Assembly (NCBI RefSeq): GCF_009914755.1
Contig: NC_060929.1
Source: the human T2T-CHM13v2.0 reference genome, Homo sapiens
Length of the DNA stretch: 64,000 nucleotides
Direction: 5' to 3' (one strand)
Shown: positions 14,349 to 28,700 of the stretch, piece by piece
Numbering within the stretch: position 1 is the first letter of the stretch
How the letters are laid out: every line of letters begins with the position of its first letter
The notes under the pieces: generated by a model
Database searches by the model: none
Seen by the model: the letters and a program-made list of their open reading frames with translations, nothing else
Told to the model about the DNA's origin: nothing
Translations under genes and position numbers: made by a program

Positions 14349-15900
14349 ACATTTTCTTTTATTACCTAGTTTTGTATTCTTTTGTTTTTCATTTTGTATA
14401 TACCCTAGAGTTCACAGCAGGCATAATAAAACTATTACAGTCAAATATATGTTGGTGCTTCTAACAATTAACAGAAAACATTAAGATTGTAGAATATTTT
14501 TAACTCTATTTGCCTGTTTCTGTTTTTTGTTATAATTTTTATGATACATAGATTTTTAACACCCAGAGGACATTATTTTTATTATTGTATGAACTTAAAA
14601 GACATTTACATTTACCTACATACACTTTCTAGTGTTCTTTATTCTGATTTACTTTTTTGTTTCATTGTTGGGAATCAAATCATGTTCCTTCTTCTAATAA
14701 CTTCCCTCCGTTCCTTTTAGTGAGATACTGCAAGTGACAAATTTGAGGGGGCACAAGAAAAGAGTAAATACCTTTACATCACCTTCACTTCTGAATTTTA
14801 GTTTGGCAGCTATCTTAATGTGTGTAACCTCTTGAATGTGATTTGCTTCTGAGATGTTTACTAGGAAGTGTTCTTAGGAGGAATAATTGAAAGGCAGCAA
14901 AAAAGAAAGTGGCAGAAAAAGAAACTAAATTGCAATAATATTGCAAGAATTGCCTTAGCCAATTCAACAGAGCCTCTGGTGCCATTGAGCCATCCCTAGT
15001 TGAGACAAATAAAATGCATATTTGTTCACCCCATCAACGAGTTCTTGAATGTGGGTTGTTCTTGCTGAGGTAGTAGAAGATTGAGTAATGCAGCTAACTT
15101 TAGCTGGAGGCATTTCTTATGAAGACCCAGATGTGAACCAACAGCATTCCTGGGGGAATTGAGAACTTCAATTCTAAACGGAGAATAAGAACTTCAGTTC
15201 TAGCAGGGGATGCCATCCAGTGTTCCACAATGTTTACTCAGCAGCTGCTTTCAGGAATTCAGTGGTGGTGCTCCATTGTCTTCCAGTTTCTATTGTTTTG
15301 TGGGGGTATTAGCTGTAAGTCTTATCGCTGGTTCTTTGAGTATAATGTGTGTTTTTCTCAAACTGCTTTATTCAGTTTAGGGATAATAGGGATTTTTAAG
15401 TGTGTGGCTTTATTACTGTCATTACCTTTTGAAAATTATTAATCATTTCCTCTTTCTGTTGAAACACTTCTTTTTTGACATCCTTCTTCTGAACTCCAAA
15501 TGCTCATATTCATAATATTTTGTGATGTTTCATATATATCTTAAATTCCTTTGTCAATGTTCTAAACTTTTTTTCTCTCTTTTTTTTTTTTGCTTTTCAT
15601 GCTTCAGTATGGATATTTTCTAGTGAGTGGTCTTCAAGTTTAGTAACCTTGTCTTCAGTTGTGTCTTAATACAAAGTTAAACCATTTATTTCGTTCTTAA
15701 TTGTATTATTGTTGTATTTTTCCCTACTGTAATTTTGTCTTTATTCTGGTTAATTCTCCATCTTTTTGTTTTCCAGAAAATATGGTTATTTTTAATTGTT
15801 ATCTATTATGCATGAAAAATTGTAGTTATCCCAAATGATGTTTTCTTCCTCCAGAAACAGAAATTACTTCTAATTCTGACAGTTAAAATACAAGTTTATT
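14349..15900 (-). mobile_element. Ancient L1M(E) fragments interrupted by an LTR; probably continuous with pieces at ~8140-8430 and ~9080-9330
   Basis: T-rich antisense L1 ORF1/ORF2-like sequence, e.g. CCATTGTCTTCCAGTTTCTATTG and TCTTCAAGTTTAGTAACCTTGTCTTC. Confidence 0.6.
14811..15230 (-). mobile_element. ERVL-class LTR (LTR16-like)
   Basis: GGAAGTGTTCTTAGGAGG...GCCTTAGCCAATTCAACAGAGCCTCTGG...CCCCATCAACGAGTTCTTGAATGTGGG; subfamily uncertain. Confidence 0.65.
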
Positions 15901-16554
15901 TCAACTTAATTAGGGACAGAATTAATTCAGAGTTGAGCTTCTTTATTTATAAAGTTTATCTCAATTTACTTCTGTGTCACCTTGTCTCTGAGTGTAAGAA
16001 GCTATCCAGAGATCCCAGCAGAATTTGTTCACTAGAGTTTTTATTAGGGTCCCTCTTCCTTGTCATAGAGCAAACTACAACTTACATATAATACCAAAGT
16101 GCTTGCCAAATAAAAATGGACATAATACATTAAAAACAGCCCTTGGAGTTAACTTTCTGAGTGACTCATAATTTTTCACTGCAACCCAAAGAGATAGTCA
16201 GGGCTTAACAACAAAATGTGTCAGTCTGACATGTTTTGAGGTTGGAAGGGGTGTCCTCTGCCTTGGTGTTTGAGACAAGCTCATACACAAACCTCATTGT
16301 CTGAGGACTTTTCCAATATGTATCTGCCAATATAATCACTGTCACTTTAATTATTTCTTACAATACATTTGTTTAAAATGTTTTAATAGCAATAAAACAA
16401 TTACTCTCCAGGGACACTCACATCAGAGGAGCAAGCAATGCCACTCTTCATCTCCATCAACGTATGAGTTCTTGAATCTCACTGCAGCCCTGTATTGGTT
16501 CTTCCCACTTTAATTATGGGTCTGTGAATTTATCATCTTTTGGAGTTAGCTTAT

Positions 16555-17054
16555 GCCAGTTAACTCTGTCAAATAATGTCATTTAAGAAACAGTCACAAC
16601 ATCTGTGTTTGTGGATGCAACAACAACAACAACAACAAATATTCTTGCATATTATCTTCAAGTCTGCTGGGTTTTGTATGTTTCAGGATGAGTTTGGCTG
16701 CCAGGTTGTTCTCCGTGGGCAGTTTGATGAGTGGCCTATGGTAGCTCCAGACACCATATCTCTTCTTTATGGACTAGCAGACTGGCTATCTAGGGCATAT
16801 TATTTTCACAATGATATTTGAGTTGCAAGAGAGCAAGCACAAAAGTGTGTGATAATTTAATTTCTATTATCATAACTGCACACTGTCAATTCTCTCTCCG
16901 TCCATGACTAATGCAAGTCACATGGCCAGACCAAAGTCAAAGAGTGAGAAATTAAACTTTATCCTATTAGTAGGAAGAACTGAAAAATAATAACCTAACA
17001 AAAGTTATGAACTCCAGGAAATTAAATAATCAGGAACAATAATAAATCTACCAC
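16555..17054 (-). mobile_element. Old MaLR LTR (MLT1-type)
   Basis: GCAAGTCACATGGCCAGACCAAAGTCAAAG and terminal ATCTACCACA. Confidence 0.75.
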
Positions 17055-18192
17055 ATCTTCTTTCATCCCCCTACAGTTCTTATTTCTTTCAATTACTTGA
17101 AGAAACTGGAGCTATTTTAGCACTCAGGCAATAAATGGTACTTTGGGTCTCTTTTACATTTATAGGGTATCAAAGGAATGGGCTTTTAGTCCATATTCCA
17201 TGAAAATGTTAGGGGATAATTTTAATATAAAATAGGATTTATAACTAGAAGATGGTTTTCTTGTTCTCCCAATGAAAATAATTTTTCTGTATCATAACAA
17301 ATCATACGTACTAATCATATATTTAATTTCCAAAAGTTGCTATCAATTTTCAAATGAGAAAAGTTTCAGCATGCCTATGAATTGCATTTCTATTTTAGAT
17401 GCCACATACATACTTTATGCACTTATTTCAAGTCAATTAAAATTCTTCAACATGACATGGCACTTTGTCTATATGTGTGGATGTAGGGGGTTATGTTTGT
17501 ATGCATATTTTCCTCATTATTTATCATATCACCAAGCAAATATACTGAGGTTTTCCTGTGTGAGAGAAATCATGCTAGCTACTGCAGATACATCAAGCCA
17601 TGGTGAAACAGAAGGTCATAAAATAGAAGGCCCCCTTGAGCGTCTTGATCTCCAAACATAATTTTAGCAATAAAACTATTGAAACAAGCACTTCAGTTAA
17701 ATGCTGTAATATCATTATTCCTTAGAAGTAACACAAATGATGCACTTAAATTGAATGACTCTTTTAAATGATCTGCAAAGGAAAAATATTTAAAATTTTA
17801 AATAGCGTTGAACCGCAAAATAAAAATATTCAATATTATAAATAGTGCTAATTTAATTTTTCAAAGCTCACTGTCTTTGTTGCATGTCAAAAACATGTGG
17901 CATTACTTTTACTTTATTACTCAACATAAAATTTAACTATATCTTTCTGATATTTTAGCTTCTTTGTCAGTGTTAATTTCCCTTATTCAGATAAACCAAC
18001 TGAAAAACTGTGCAAATTTTCCCAGTTTAAACTGAGAAACTAAATATGGACATTGAATCAACTCTCTCATATTTGGGTTATTTTAAAGCAACTGTAGAAA
18101 TATAAAATACTGAATTAATAAAGTGAAAAACACTGATAACATTCTTGATTCTGAAGACTTTCTAATGTTCTACAAAGACATTAAAACATTGA

Positions 18193-18511
<319 letters not shown>

Positions 18512-18993
18512 TTATAGAAAACAATTTTAAAAACACTCTTCTCTTTAATATTTTTTGTGTACTAGAAGATTATATTTAGAAGATAATTCTGTTATGTTGA
18601 GCCCTTTATTAATTTTGTCTTTCATTCAGAAATTCTGAAGCATAATGTTAATAAAAGCAAAGATGATTAACTCTATTAGCTCTAGAGGATATATATGTAT
18701 ATAGAATACATATTATTTTATATTTGTATTTATTCTTTTTAATCTCTTTCATCTTTTTCAATATACAAGTGGCTACTTGGATGGTTTTCATATTACATTC
18801 TAATTGTTTTTTAATTTAATTAGGCAGAGACAATTTAGCTGATATCAATTTTTGAAAATATAAATACTATTATAGGGTTTCCAGTGCTTTTTTTGTATGG
18901 ATTTTAGATGCCCTGAATCACAGATGTTTTTTCTATAATTCACAACTTCAGAAAAATTGTTTTAAGAGTCTTCATACAAGAGTTGTATTTGTT

Positions 18994-19011
18994 TATATAT
19001 ATATGTATATA

Positions 19012-19048
<37 letters not shown>
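18994..19048. repeat. (TA)n/(TG)n compound microsatellite
   Basis: Directly visible. Confidence 0.95.
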
Positions 19049-19051
<3 letters not shown>

Positions 19052-19379
19052 AAATACAAATTGAGAGTGTTAATCTGTGAGATAGTTTAAGTAAAATCCA
19101 AATCTGATTAAGATTCTTTCTTATCTCTATTCAAGAAATAAACATCGTCAATTAGGTAAAAATTGATTATTTGGCACTTCAGTTGATTTATATCACTTTC
19201 ATTGCTTAATATGTTATGAATTTATTATATCTAATCAAAAACAACAAAAATAGATTGAGTTTTAACCCAAACTACCACATGCCTAAATGAATATATTTGG
19301 TAAAGACATCAAAGATTTTGAGTTTAGAGTATACATAAAATATATACCATTTTATCATTAACTTAAAATCTGTGGTATG

Positions 19380-19750
19380 ATACTGTTCATTTTCTTCAGA
19401 CATGATAATATTAAAGCTCAAAGTAAACATCCCAAATTTATGCAACGGGCAAGTGGAACAATCTGAGTTTAAACCCAGGTTTCTTTAAGCCTGAGAACAG
19501 GCTGTAAACTATGCACTACCTAACTTCCATCTAACAAGCACATGTCTGAGCAGGAACTCAAATCTTAATGAAATATGTTTCTAATAGGCACTTTAAACTG
19601 ATTTCATTTTCACAACAACCTTTCCAGGAGCTATTTCTATCACCAACATGAGGAATGTGAGTGTGCAAGACACTAAAGAACGTGTCCACCTAAGCTCATA
19701 GCAGAAACATATAATAGACATGGGCCTTCTAGCTACAAGGCATGGATGTT
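19380..19750 (-). mobile_element. MIR fragments (two decayed copies)
   Basis: AAGTGGAACAATCTGAGTTTAAACCCAGGT and TTTCACAACAACCTT...ATGAGGAA resemble the MIR core. Confidence 0.5.
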
Positions 19751-19944
19751 TTCCAAAATTTTGTGCTTCTTGTCATCTGTTCTATTTATAAGATGGGAAA
19801 CAGTATATTTTTCCCAAGTGAGAGACAAATTAGATAGCTGGCACTCCTTCAAACAAATTACATATTTTTAAATCACTTTTTCTCCTCAATAATATTATTA
19901 TCACAGTGTATGGTAAAAAGGTTTTGGAATGGAAGAGATAGGAC

Positions 19945-22540
19945 TTAACTGATGTACTACAGATTGTTTATAAACCTTCACTTATTGAAGGATATTTTAT
20001 TTCTTTGCAGTTCGGGGCTATTTTAAATAAATCTCCTACCATGAGCAATTATGCACAGGTTTTTGAGTGTACATAAGCCTTAAATTCTATGGAATAAATG
20101 CCCAGGAGTGAAATTTCTGTGTCATATGGTAAGTGTATATTTAGTTTTTCAGAAGCTGTCAAAACTATTTTCTAGAGTGACTATACCTTTTTATATCCCC
20201 ACCAGCAATGTATGAGTGGTATAGTTTGTCTGCATTCTCACAAGCATTTGGTAGTGTTACTATTTTTTATTTAAGCTATTCTAATAGATATGTAGTGGTA
20301 TCTCATTGTAGTTTTAATTTGTGTTTTCCTAATGGCTAGTACTTTTCATATGTTTATTTGCCATCTTGTATCATATTTAGTGGAATGTCTGTGCCTTTTC
20401 CCTGTTTTCTAATTAAATTGTCTGTTTTTCTTACTGTTGAATTTTGTCAATTCCTTATAAATGCTAGATATGAGTGTTTTGTTAGATATATGGTTTTCAG
20501 ATATTTTTTCAAAGTCTATATCTTTTCTTTACATTCTCATAAGAGGATCTTTCAAACATCAAAGGTTTTCAGTTGCAGTCCAGTTTACAATTCTTTTTTC
20601 TTATAGGCATCATGTTTTTGTGTCATGTCTAAGAACTTTCCATCAAACCTAAGTCCAAAAATGTTCTCCTTTGTTTTCTTCTAAAAGTTTTATAATTGTA
20701 GATTTTACATTCATGATTTATGTTTATTTACGATCTATGATCTATTTGGGGTTACTTACATTTTGACCTGTGAATGCCCACCTGCTTCATCTCTATGTTA
20801 CTTGTAGTCTTTTTTTCTCCCTATGTTTAGTTTTAAATAATTTCTATTGCTATGTCTTCCAGTTTTCTAATCTTTTCATCAACAATGTTTATTCTGCCAT
20901 TAAATCCATTCCCTAGGTTTTTATTTAGGCTTTGTAGTTTTCATCTCTGTAAGTTTTATTTGAGTCATTTTCACATCTTCCATGTCACTAGTTCACAAGC
21001 TCAATCTTTCTTGTAGCTCTTGAACACACAGAATAATTATAACTGTTTCAATGTGCTTATCTAAGAATTACACAATCTGTTTCAATTCTGGTGTTTTGGA
21101 TTGTTTGCTTTTTCTCCTCATTAACAATTTTGATTTCCTGCTTCTTCACATGACTGGTGTGCTATGACAGCTTACTCTAGATGGCCTGGAAATAAGTTTG
21201 AGCTGTTCAAAAAGATATATTGTTGTTGTAGTAATTCTCAGACAAAGCTTGAAACATACTGATGATTTTGTTTTATAACTCTGGGTCATACTCAAATTTC
21301 AAGAGGTGTTTTGTTGTTATTACTTATTTCATTGGGTTTTAACATGCTTAGTAACATTACATTCTGGTAAATCATAATTGATGGTGTATACCTCCTTTTG
21401 CCAAGATCCTTAGGGTTTGACACTGGTCACAGTAAGAACCTGGCCAGCAGAATACCAAGAGTCTTAGGTGGAGACTGTTTTGGACTTCCTGGATCTGAGG
21501 CATTATGTGCACATGGTGGTGGTTCTTACAGAGAGAGAAAGCACTTTCTATATAGAGGGAGACAATTCAATCCTTCTTGCAGAACATTACTGGAAGCTAG
21601 CTCTTAGCTGTAATGCATATTCTTGCTTTAATCCTATTGCTATATTCTATGCTTTTCTTGCAGTAAAATCAAATTGTAAGCATTGTTATTTTGGGTCTGA
21701 TGAATTTTCTTTCACAATTGAAGTATGATTTACTAACAAGTGTTAGTAAAACTGGTAATTTTTATCAAATGCCAGATGTTAAAATTTTACCTTGCTGGGT
21801 GCTGGATATTTTTATGTTTCTATTAATATTCATGAGATTTTTTTCAGGGATACAGTGATTTTATATAAAACAATGTGATCTTTTTTGGTTATTGCTATAA
21901 GATTTTTAGGCAGGACCAAATAAGTATTTAGTTTAGGGCTAAATTTGTATCCCCTACTGAAGCAAAACTATACAGAGTACTCCACTTATAAATTATGAAT
22001 TTGTTTTACTTCGGCTGTTCCAAATACACACTCTGCCTTGCCCTGTATGAGACCTGAGAGTTGTCCTTTCCAATTTTTTCAAGTAAATTCTTTACCCAGT
22101 CTCAGGTATTTTCTTCATGTGTTCCCTCATAAGTAGTCATTCAAAGGCTTGAGCCAGACTATCTGCAGATCTTTAGAGCAATTTCTCTCTCTTTCTGTGT
22201 GTGTGTGTGTGTGTGTCTATGTCTATGTGTGTAGCTCTCTCCTTTCTAGTATTTTATCCCAACTAATCCAGTCACCTTGGCCTCCCCAGATTCCCAGATC
22301 TATCTCCTCAATTCATGCATATTCTGCTTAAATTCCTGCTCCCCATACCACAGTGTGAAAACTCTTCCCCAGGCAGTAGGATGGAGCATCATTCAGAGTT
22401 CACTATCCTTTCTTTCCTGATGTCCAATGAAATCTACTGGTTTAATATTTCTCTTTTCTTCTTTTCAATGTTTTTTTTTTTTTCAGATATGAGAGTAATT
22501 CTGATTCCTATTACTCTTAACTTGTCTGGAAGTAAAAGTC
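19945..22540 (-). mobile_element. Old L1M fragments (L1MC/MD 3' part, then L1ME-type 5' part) interrupted by an LTR
   Basis: CCCACCAGCAATGTATGAG, GTAGTGGTATCTCATTGTAGTTTTAATTTG, TTCTATTGCTATGTCTTCCAGTT. Confidence 0.75.
21158..21750 (+). mobile_element. ERVL-class solo LTR (MER21/MER68-like, subfamily uncertain)
   Basis: Begins TG and interrupts contiguous L1 sequence; 5-bp TSD ACTGG at 21153-21157 and 21751-21755. Confidence 0.65.
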
Positions 22541-23129
22541 TCTGAACAATGTTTCTTCACATTTTATGTGAGAAAAAATAGGAACATATTAGCTTTATCT
22601 ATCCTCTCTGTTATGACATTTAAGGATTTAGGGAGTGTAGAAAATAAAAATTTTAAAAAGTAGGATTTTCATAGAAATCAACCACTTATCTAAGCTGTGC
22701 TCTTATATTTCCCAGTCCTTATGTGTCATATGAGTTACCAGTGTACTTGAATAGCTCTCCTAGAACAGACTTCCCATTATAGTGTCTGACTTTTGGGCAA
22801 ACGTTGGCATATAATTGTTGCTGAATAAATATATGCTTGATTAATTAATTAGTGAATTAATTCAATTAGAGATTATAGCCCCATATGGGAATCATGGGGT
22901 GACGCATCCTATTACATACAAGTAAATATGACAAATATTCATTATGTTATAGATTTCAACAAACAAGAAATCTTCAAAAAGAGAATTTTGTTGCTGATTT
23001 TCCTCACAAAGATAAAGAGACAATGGAAAGGTTACTTGTGGATTTACATATCACAAAATCTTCTAGTTTTATTTATACAAGAAAGTTTTTAAGTTTTATC
23101 AATAATGTCAAAGATGCCCCAAGTCTTTC

Positions 23130-23130
<1 letters not shown>

Positions 23131-23183
<53 letters not shown>

Positions 23184-23235
23184 AGAGAGAGAGATAGAGA
23201 GAGAGAGGAATAGAGGGACAGAGGGACAGAGGTAG
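23131..23235. repeat. (TG)25 followed by a (GA)-rich tract
   Basis: Directly visible; potential Z-DNA former. Confidence 0.98.
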
Positions 23236-24015
23236 AAGGGCATAACAGAAGCAGATATTGTACATGGTCAGGAGGTTGGTTAATTCCTTAGAGCTCTTTA
23301 TTAGAGAAAAAAATAATACCAGTGGGCCTCTCAGCATGTCAGACCATTGGGTTTCTTCCAAAGCAATTAATTCTCAGTAGGGTGCAAGTGAATTCATTAA
23401 AATAGAGAATTGTATTGCCTCTGAGGATTTGTGGGAAGGTTCAGATCTTTCAGAAGAGTAACAGCTGAATGAGCAAGTAAAGCCAATTGTAACTTTTCTG
23501 GTTTCTCAGTTATAATTCAAGTTGATTCAGGATGAGATACAATTATGGTAAAGGGTAACAATTGCTTTATCTTTACAGCAGAGTAGAATCGCTGTAGCTT
23601 ATATGTATATTTGTAGGAATCTTTCATTTAATTGATGTCATAGATTAAATCAGAGAGACAAATGAAATAGATCAATTTTTTTTAATAAGGAAAGTCTGAA
23701 GCAGGAAATGAGTTTACCACAAGTTGCCTTCGAACCCTAGTACCTTTGGGATTAGTTCTAAATAGAAGTGGGTTTTGTTTGCAGGAGTGAGTGTGGGAAT
23801 ACCTAAGGAACTGTGTGTATGTATACTGACGAGTGGTTGCGTAAAAATGGTCCAGTCAGCTTCCATGTAAACTAGAACCTATTTCTGTTACTTCTGCTTT
23901 TCAGCAGTGGTTCTAAACTTCAGTGATGAAGTTAAAGATGATGAAAAGATATGTCATTGGAGGGTGTGATTCTAATGGTATACTGTTCTCTCTTTTAAAT
24001 CATTAAAATATTGCC

Positions 24016-24375
24016 TGTTATGGAATCAATGCTGTGTCTACGTAAAATTCATATCTTGAAACCCTGTCCTCTAATGTGATAGTATAAGGTGGGGTCTTTG
24101 GGAGGCAATTGGAATTACATAAACTCATGAGGGTGGAGCCCTCATGAATGGGATTAGCATCCTTATAAAGTCTTTGGAGAGCTTCCTCTCTCTGCCATGT
24201 GAAGTCACAAGGAAAAGATAGCTGTCTAACTAGGAAGCAGGCCCTCAGGAGACACCAAATCTACTGATGCCTTGATTTTGAATATCTTAGCCTCCAGAAA
24301 TGTGAAGAAATAAATTGTTGTTTAAGACACCCAGTATATGGTGGTTTGTTATAGTAGCCTGAACAGGCTAAGATA
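24016..24375 (+). mobile_element. MLT1A-type MaLR solo LTR
   Basis: TGTTATGG...CATGAGGGTGGAGCCCTCATGAATGGGATTAG...CTAAGATA; 5-bp TSD TTGCC on both sides. Confidence 0.93.
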
Positions 24376-24619
24376 TTGCCAAAAAGTATCCATGTATATT
24401 TTTACATGATTGAATTAATATTAATTTGTATGTAAATACAACTAGTTTTAATTTATAAGTAAAATCTCAATTGTTATGTGATAGCAGGTTATATTTGATC
24501 CAGCAGTTATGTATATTTAATGCTCTATTAACATCATAGGTAGTATAAAATATTTAATGTTGTTCTCTCACATATTTGCTTATGTATGGCTGCACAAATG
24601 CATTGAAAATTATGAAGAA

Positions 24620-25185
24620 ATTCTATGTGTGATGAAATCATGTGGTATTTGTTTTTATTTATTGTGATGTACTTACTTGTGATATACTTTAATTAACATG
24701 ACATACTCCTGGTTTATTCAGGTTGTGGCAAATGACAGGATTTCATTCTTTTTTATGACTCAATAGTATTTCATTGTGTATATATACCACATTTTCTTTA
24801 GCCATTCAACCATTGTTGGGCACTTAGGTTAAAAAAAGTTGCTATCATAGAATGAGAGATTAGTAGTTTCCAGATACTGGGAGGGAATGGGCAAAAAGAG
24901 AATGGGGAGAGGCTGGCCAATGACTACAAAGTTACCATTATATGGGAGGACTAAATTATAGTGCTCCATTGCACAACAGGTGACTATGGATAATAATAGC
25001 TAGAAGGCAGGCTTTTGAATGTTATCACCATGGAAATATGATAAATGCATGAGGTGATCAATATACTAACTACACTGATTAGATTATTATATAACATAGA
25101 TATGCACCAAAGCATCAAATTATAGCCCATAAATATTGTAGTTAAAATGTGTTCATTAAAAAATAAATACATACATAATTATTTT
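24620..25185 (+). mobile_element. L1MA-type 3' end with 5' inversion
   Basis: 24620-24830 is antisense L1 and 24831-25170 is the sense L1 3'UTR; TSD-like AAATTATG(A/G)A. Confidence 0.8.
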
Positions 25186-25353
25186 AAATTATGGAAAATA
25201 AGATATCTTATTTAGGATTTTAAATTTAAACACTGAATGTGTTTGTAATTTAGAAATGTAGAATCTGCCCCTGAAACTTCATAATGCATTTAACCTTCAA
25301 ACATACCTCCTTTTTATATGGTAATATAGGATTCAGGTAAGAAATATATATAT

Positions 25354-25712
<359 letters not shown>

Positions 25713-28700
25713 CTAGAAAAAGCTTCCAATTATACTGTTCTCATTAAAAAATAAAGTGTCCAGATAAATATGGATTAGACAGGTCTTCCCTCAATGTCTA
25801 GGTAAAGGCTGGTAATCTTTTTGCCACTTTCACTGCAATAATTAGTTAGTCCTAAAGGGCTTGTTAATCCACTTTGCTGGCTCAGGGCAAAATTGCTATG
25901 TGAATGCAGAATTTATTTTCAGTATTTACTTATTCTTTTTTCATCATGCAGTGATCTCCCCAAGGCACCCAGTGGTCTCATGCTACTGTTCTCACCTGGC
26001 ACCCTGGAGGAAAGTGACAACTCACTTTCCTTAAGGAAAGGCTGTAAGGATTTAGTGTACTTATTACAATTTCTTACTCTTCCTAGATATATTTGCCTTT
26101 TAAAGAAAGATGGTTAGAGTGCTATTTCTTCATTCAATGGATGGTGGAATTTCAGGTATCTGTTTGTGCATGTGTCTAGACAGAAAACTTCCCACTATTC
26201 CTTAAATAATGGCTTGCGTTTTTATAAAGTTAATCCAACATCTAACTGCAAGTCATGAGCCCTGCTAGATTTTGGAAAGAGACCAATCTATTACCCAAAA
26301 CACAACTTTTTATTTTGAAACTCAATGTTGAATTCGTGTTTCATTACCACCTACCTTTTTCATGAATGCATGCCTTGTTTCTACTAGTTTGCTGATAGTT
26401 ATTTTCTTCTCTATTTAACTGGTGATATTCCCAGTATCTAGCACAGTAGGTGTTTGAAAAATACAAGTTGATGAAGCTACCCTGCCCCCACAATACTGAC
26501 CTAAGTTGTCACTTATGGTTCCTTAGACACTGCTGTTTAATTGCTTTCAATTATCTTAGCCCATGCCTACCCAAGCAAAATGAAGTGTTGAGTCAAGCAA
26601 TTGTCTTGTGGATGTGATCAATATAGAAATTCAATATGGATAATTGAGGTACCCGCCCCAACTTACTTTTTCCTTAGTAACAAGTTTTTTTTTTTTTTTT
26701 CACCAGAATTGTTCAGATAATTGCCTCAACTGTCCGTTTTATTTTGCATCATAGACACAGGTCTGTAACTAACCTAATGGACCATGGAAAAACTGAATAG
26801 TCAGTGCAGTTCACAGATAGATCACCACCTAGTTGATTCATCTGTGGTGCTTCTGGTTAAATCAGGCTGATTGGCCTTGGAAAATTCCACTGATTCATTC
26901 TGCCCTTTCGTGGCTGAGGTCTGTAGGACATAGAGATATGGTCCTGACTTCTGTGTTTGTGAATAGTTTCATATCCATAATTTTTCTATGTCCAATATTT
27001 TGTCAACATACACCAAGGGAAATATATGACAAGTAACTGATTAGTATTGGAATTTGGATTGTACAGTAGATAGAGAACAGGAAGGTTTAGAACCTCAAAT
27101 CGGTACTGACCGGAGAACGACAAAGAGAATAAAAGTCAAATTTCTTTAATATTATTAGATTGCTAAAGAAACAAATTCAGGTTAAGTAAGGGAAACCATA
27201 TCCTTTTTCAGAAAACATTTTACCTGAATTATTGAAGTAAACTTTTGGACATAGCATAAACTTACAAAAATATTTATCAAGTGCTTTAAATTCAAACATT
27301 TGATAAATGCCCACATTTTTAAACTTTGGTTGTCCTAAGTCTCTTTCTAAAGTTGTAAACTAGATACACAAGTTGTGAGGGCCATATGATTGTAGTTTTT
27401 ATCTTTCCCATAACTTTCTGTTTCTAACCAAGTTAGATACATCACACATTGTTTTAGAAGACATTGAAAATAGGCAGTTGCTTTTTAAAAAAAGAGTTGG
27501 AGAAGGGGTGTTTAAAGAATAATACAGAGAATATGAAAAATAGTTGGAAAGAACAATGGCAAATGCATAGAAAAAAATGTAAGCAGATTACATGAAGCTT
27601 TTTTTATGTAGGTGTCATAATATTCTGGAATCATATTTGTTTACACTTGGCCCCAAAACTTTTTTTTATGGGAAAGCAGTTTATGTGGTTTTTGGCTATC
27701 TGCTGGCCTTTGCAATGGAATATTTTAATGGCATGTTTATAGAATAAATAGAATCACATACAAGAATTTTCCTCTTGAGATGCATCTGCACTGAGATTTT
27801 AGGAAAAACATCCTTGGGAAAATATATTCACCTTAAATGAATTCAAACCCATTAAACGTAGTTATATATAATTACTGAATCTCCTCAAAACCTGTCAAAG
27901 TTACATCTTACACACCCAAGGTAAAGATTTTTGAAGGAAGAAATAGAGGAATAACTTTATCAAAGTAAATGCCAAGCTTTAGACTTTTAAAATATTAACT
28001 CACCATCTCAAATTTTTGAACTTTTAAATAATTTGCTTTCTTATCCCATCTCACCCTAAAAGTCCTAAGTTTACACTTTATTTTCATAGAGACAAGTGAA
28101 TATACCCAGTTTAAGAAAACCCATAAAATGAAAAATATTGACTCCTCATAATTCATCCCCAAAGTGATTTGTTTTTTATTTTACAAATTAATTTTTCTAA
28201 AAATTTCCAGATAATTCCTTTAACATGTACTTTATTTCACCTATGTATGCCCTGCCAGTATTGGATTTTCTGCAAAAGTGATGATTATCAAAGTGCATGT
28301 AATATAAGGCAAGGACTGTCCTGGCATGAGCCAGATCATTTCTGTCATAAATAGAAATGCCTTCTTTATTGATTGCTTTAAACAGGAGTCGTTTTGTATG
28401 TAAACAAACCTCTGCCAAAGTGAAATCATTAAATAAAAAGGGCATTTTATTGTTGCATTATTCTGGCAGCTTACTATTGTCAGACAGTATTTCAAATCAC
28501 TACTGAAGGATGATATGCAGGGTAGTAAATGTTCCTTAGTATACTGCAGAATTAAAAATGAATGTAAGGGATTATCCACATTAAACAAAGTTTTATTTAT
28601 TGTCAGTCTATAAATTCACTAATTTTTATTAGCCTAACTCTTTGGTTTGCTGTGTTTAGTAACCAACTGTGTTTTTGAAGAGAGCAGCCCATTAAAACAA

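Noticed and set aside
16576-16821. ORF with polyglutamine (Q7)
   Set aside because: A short (CAA)n tract in an MLT1 LTR; no exon structure or recognisable protein.
17272-17661. 129-aa ORF in unique sequence
   Set aside because: Composition follows AT-rich non-coding DNA; no recognisable domain or splice context.
23765-23800. Acceptor-like GGGTTTTGTTTGCAG|GAG (similar at ~39845-39860)
   Set aside because: No convincing paired donor or reading frame; such motifs are common by chance.
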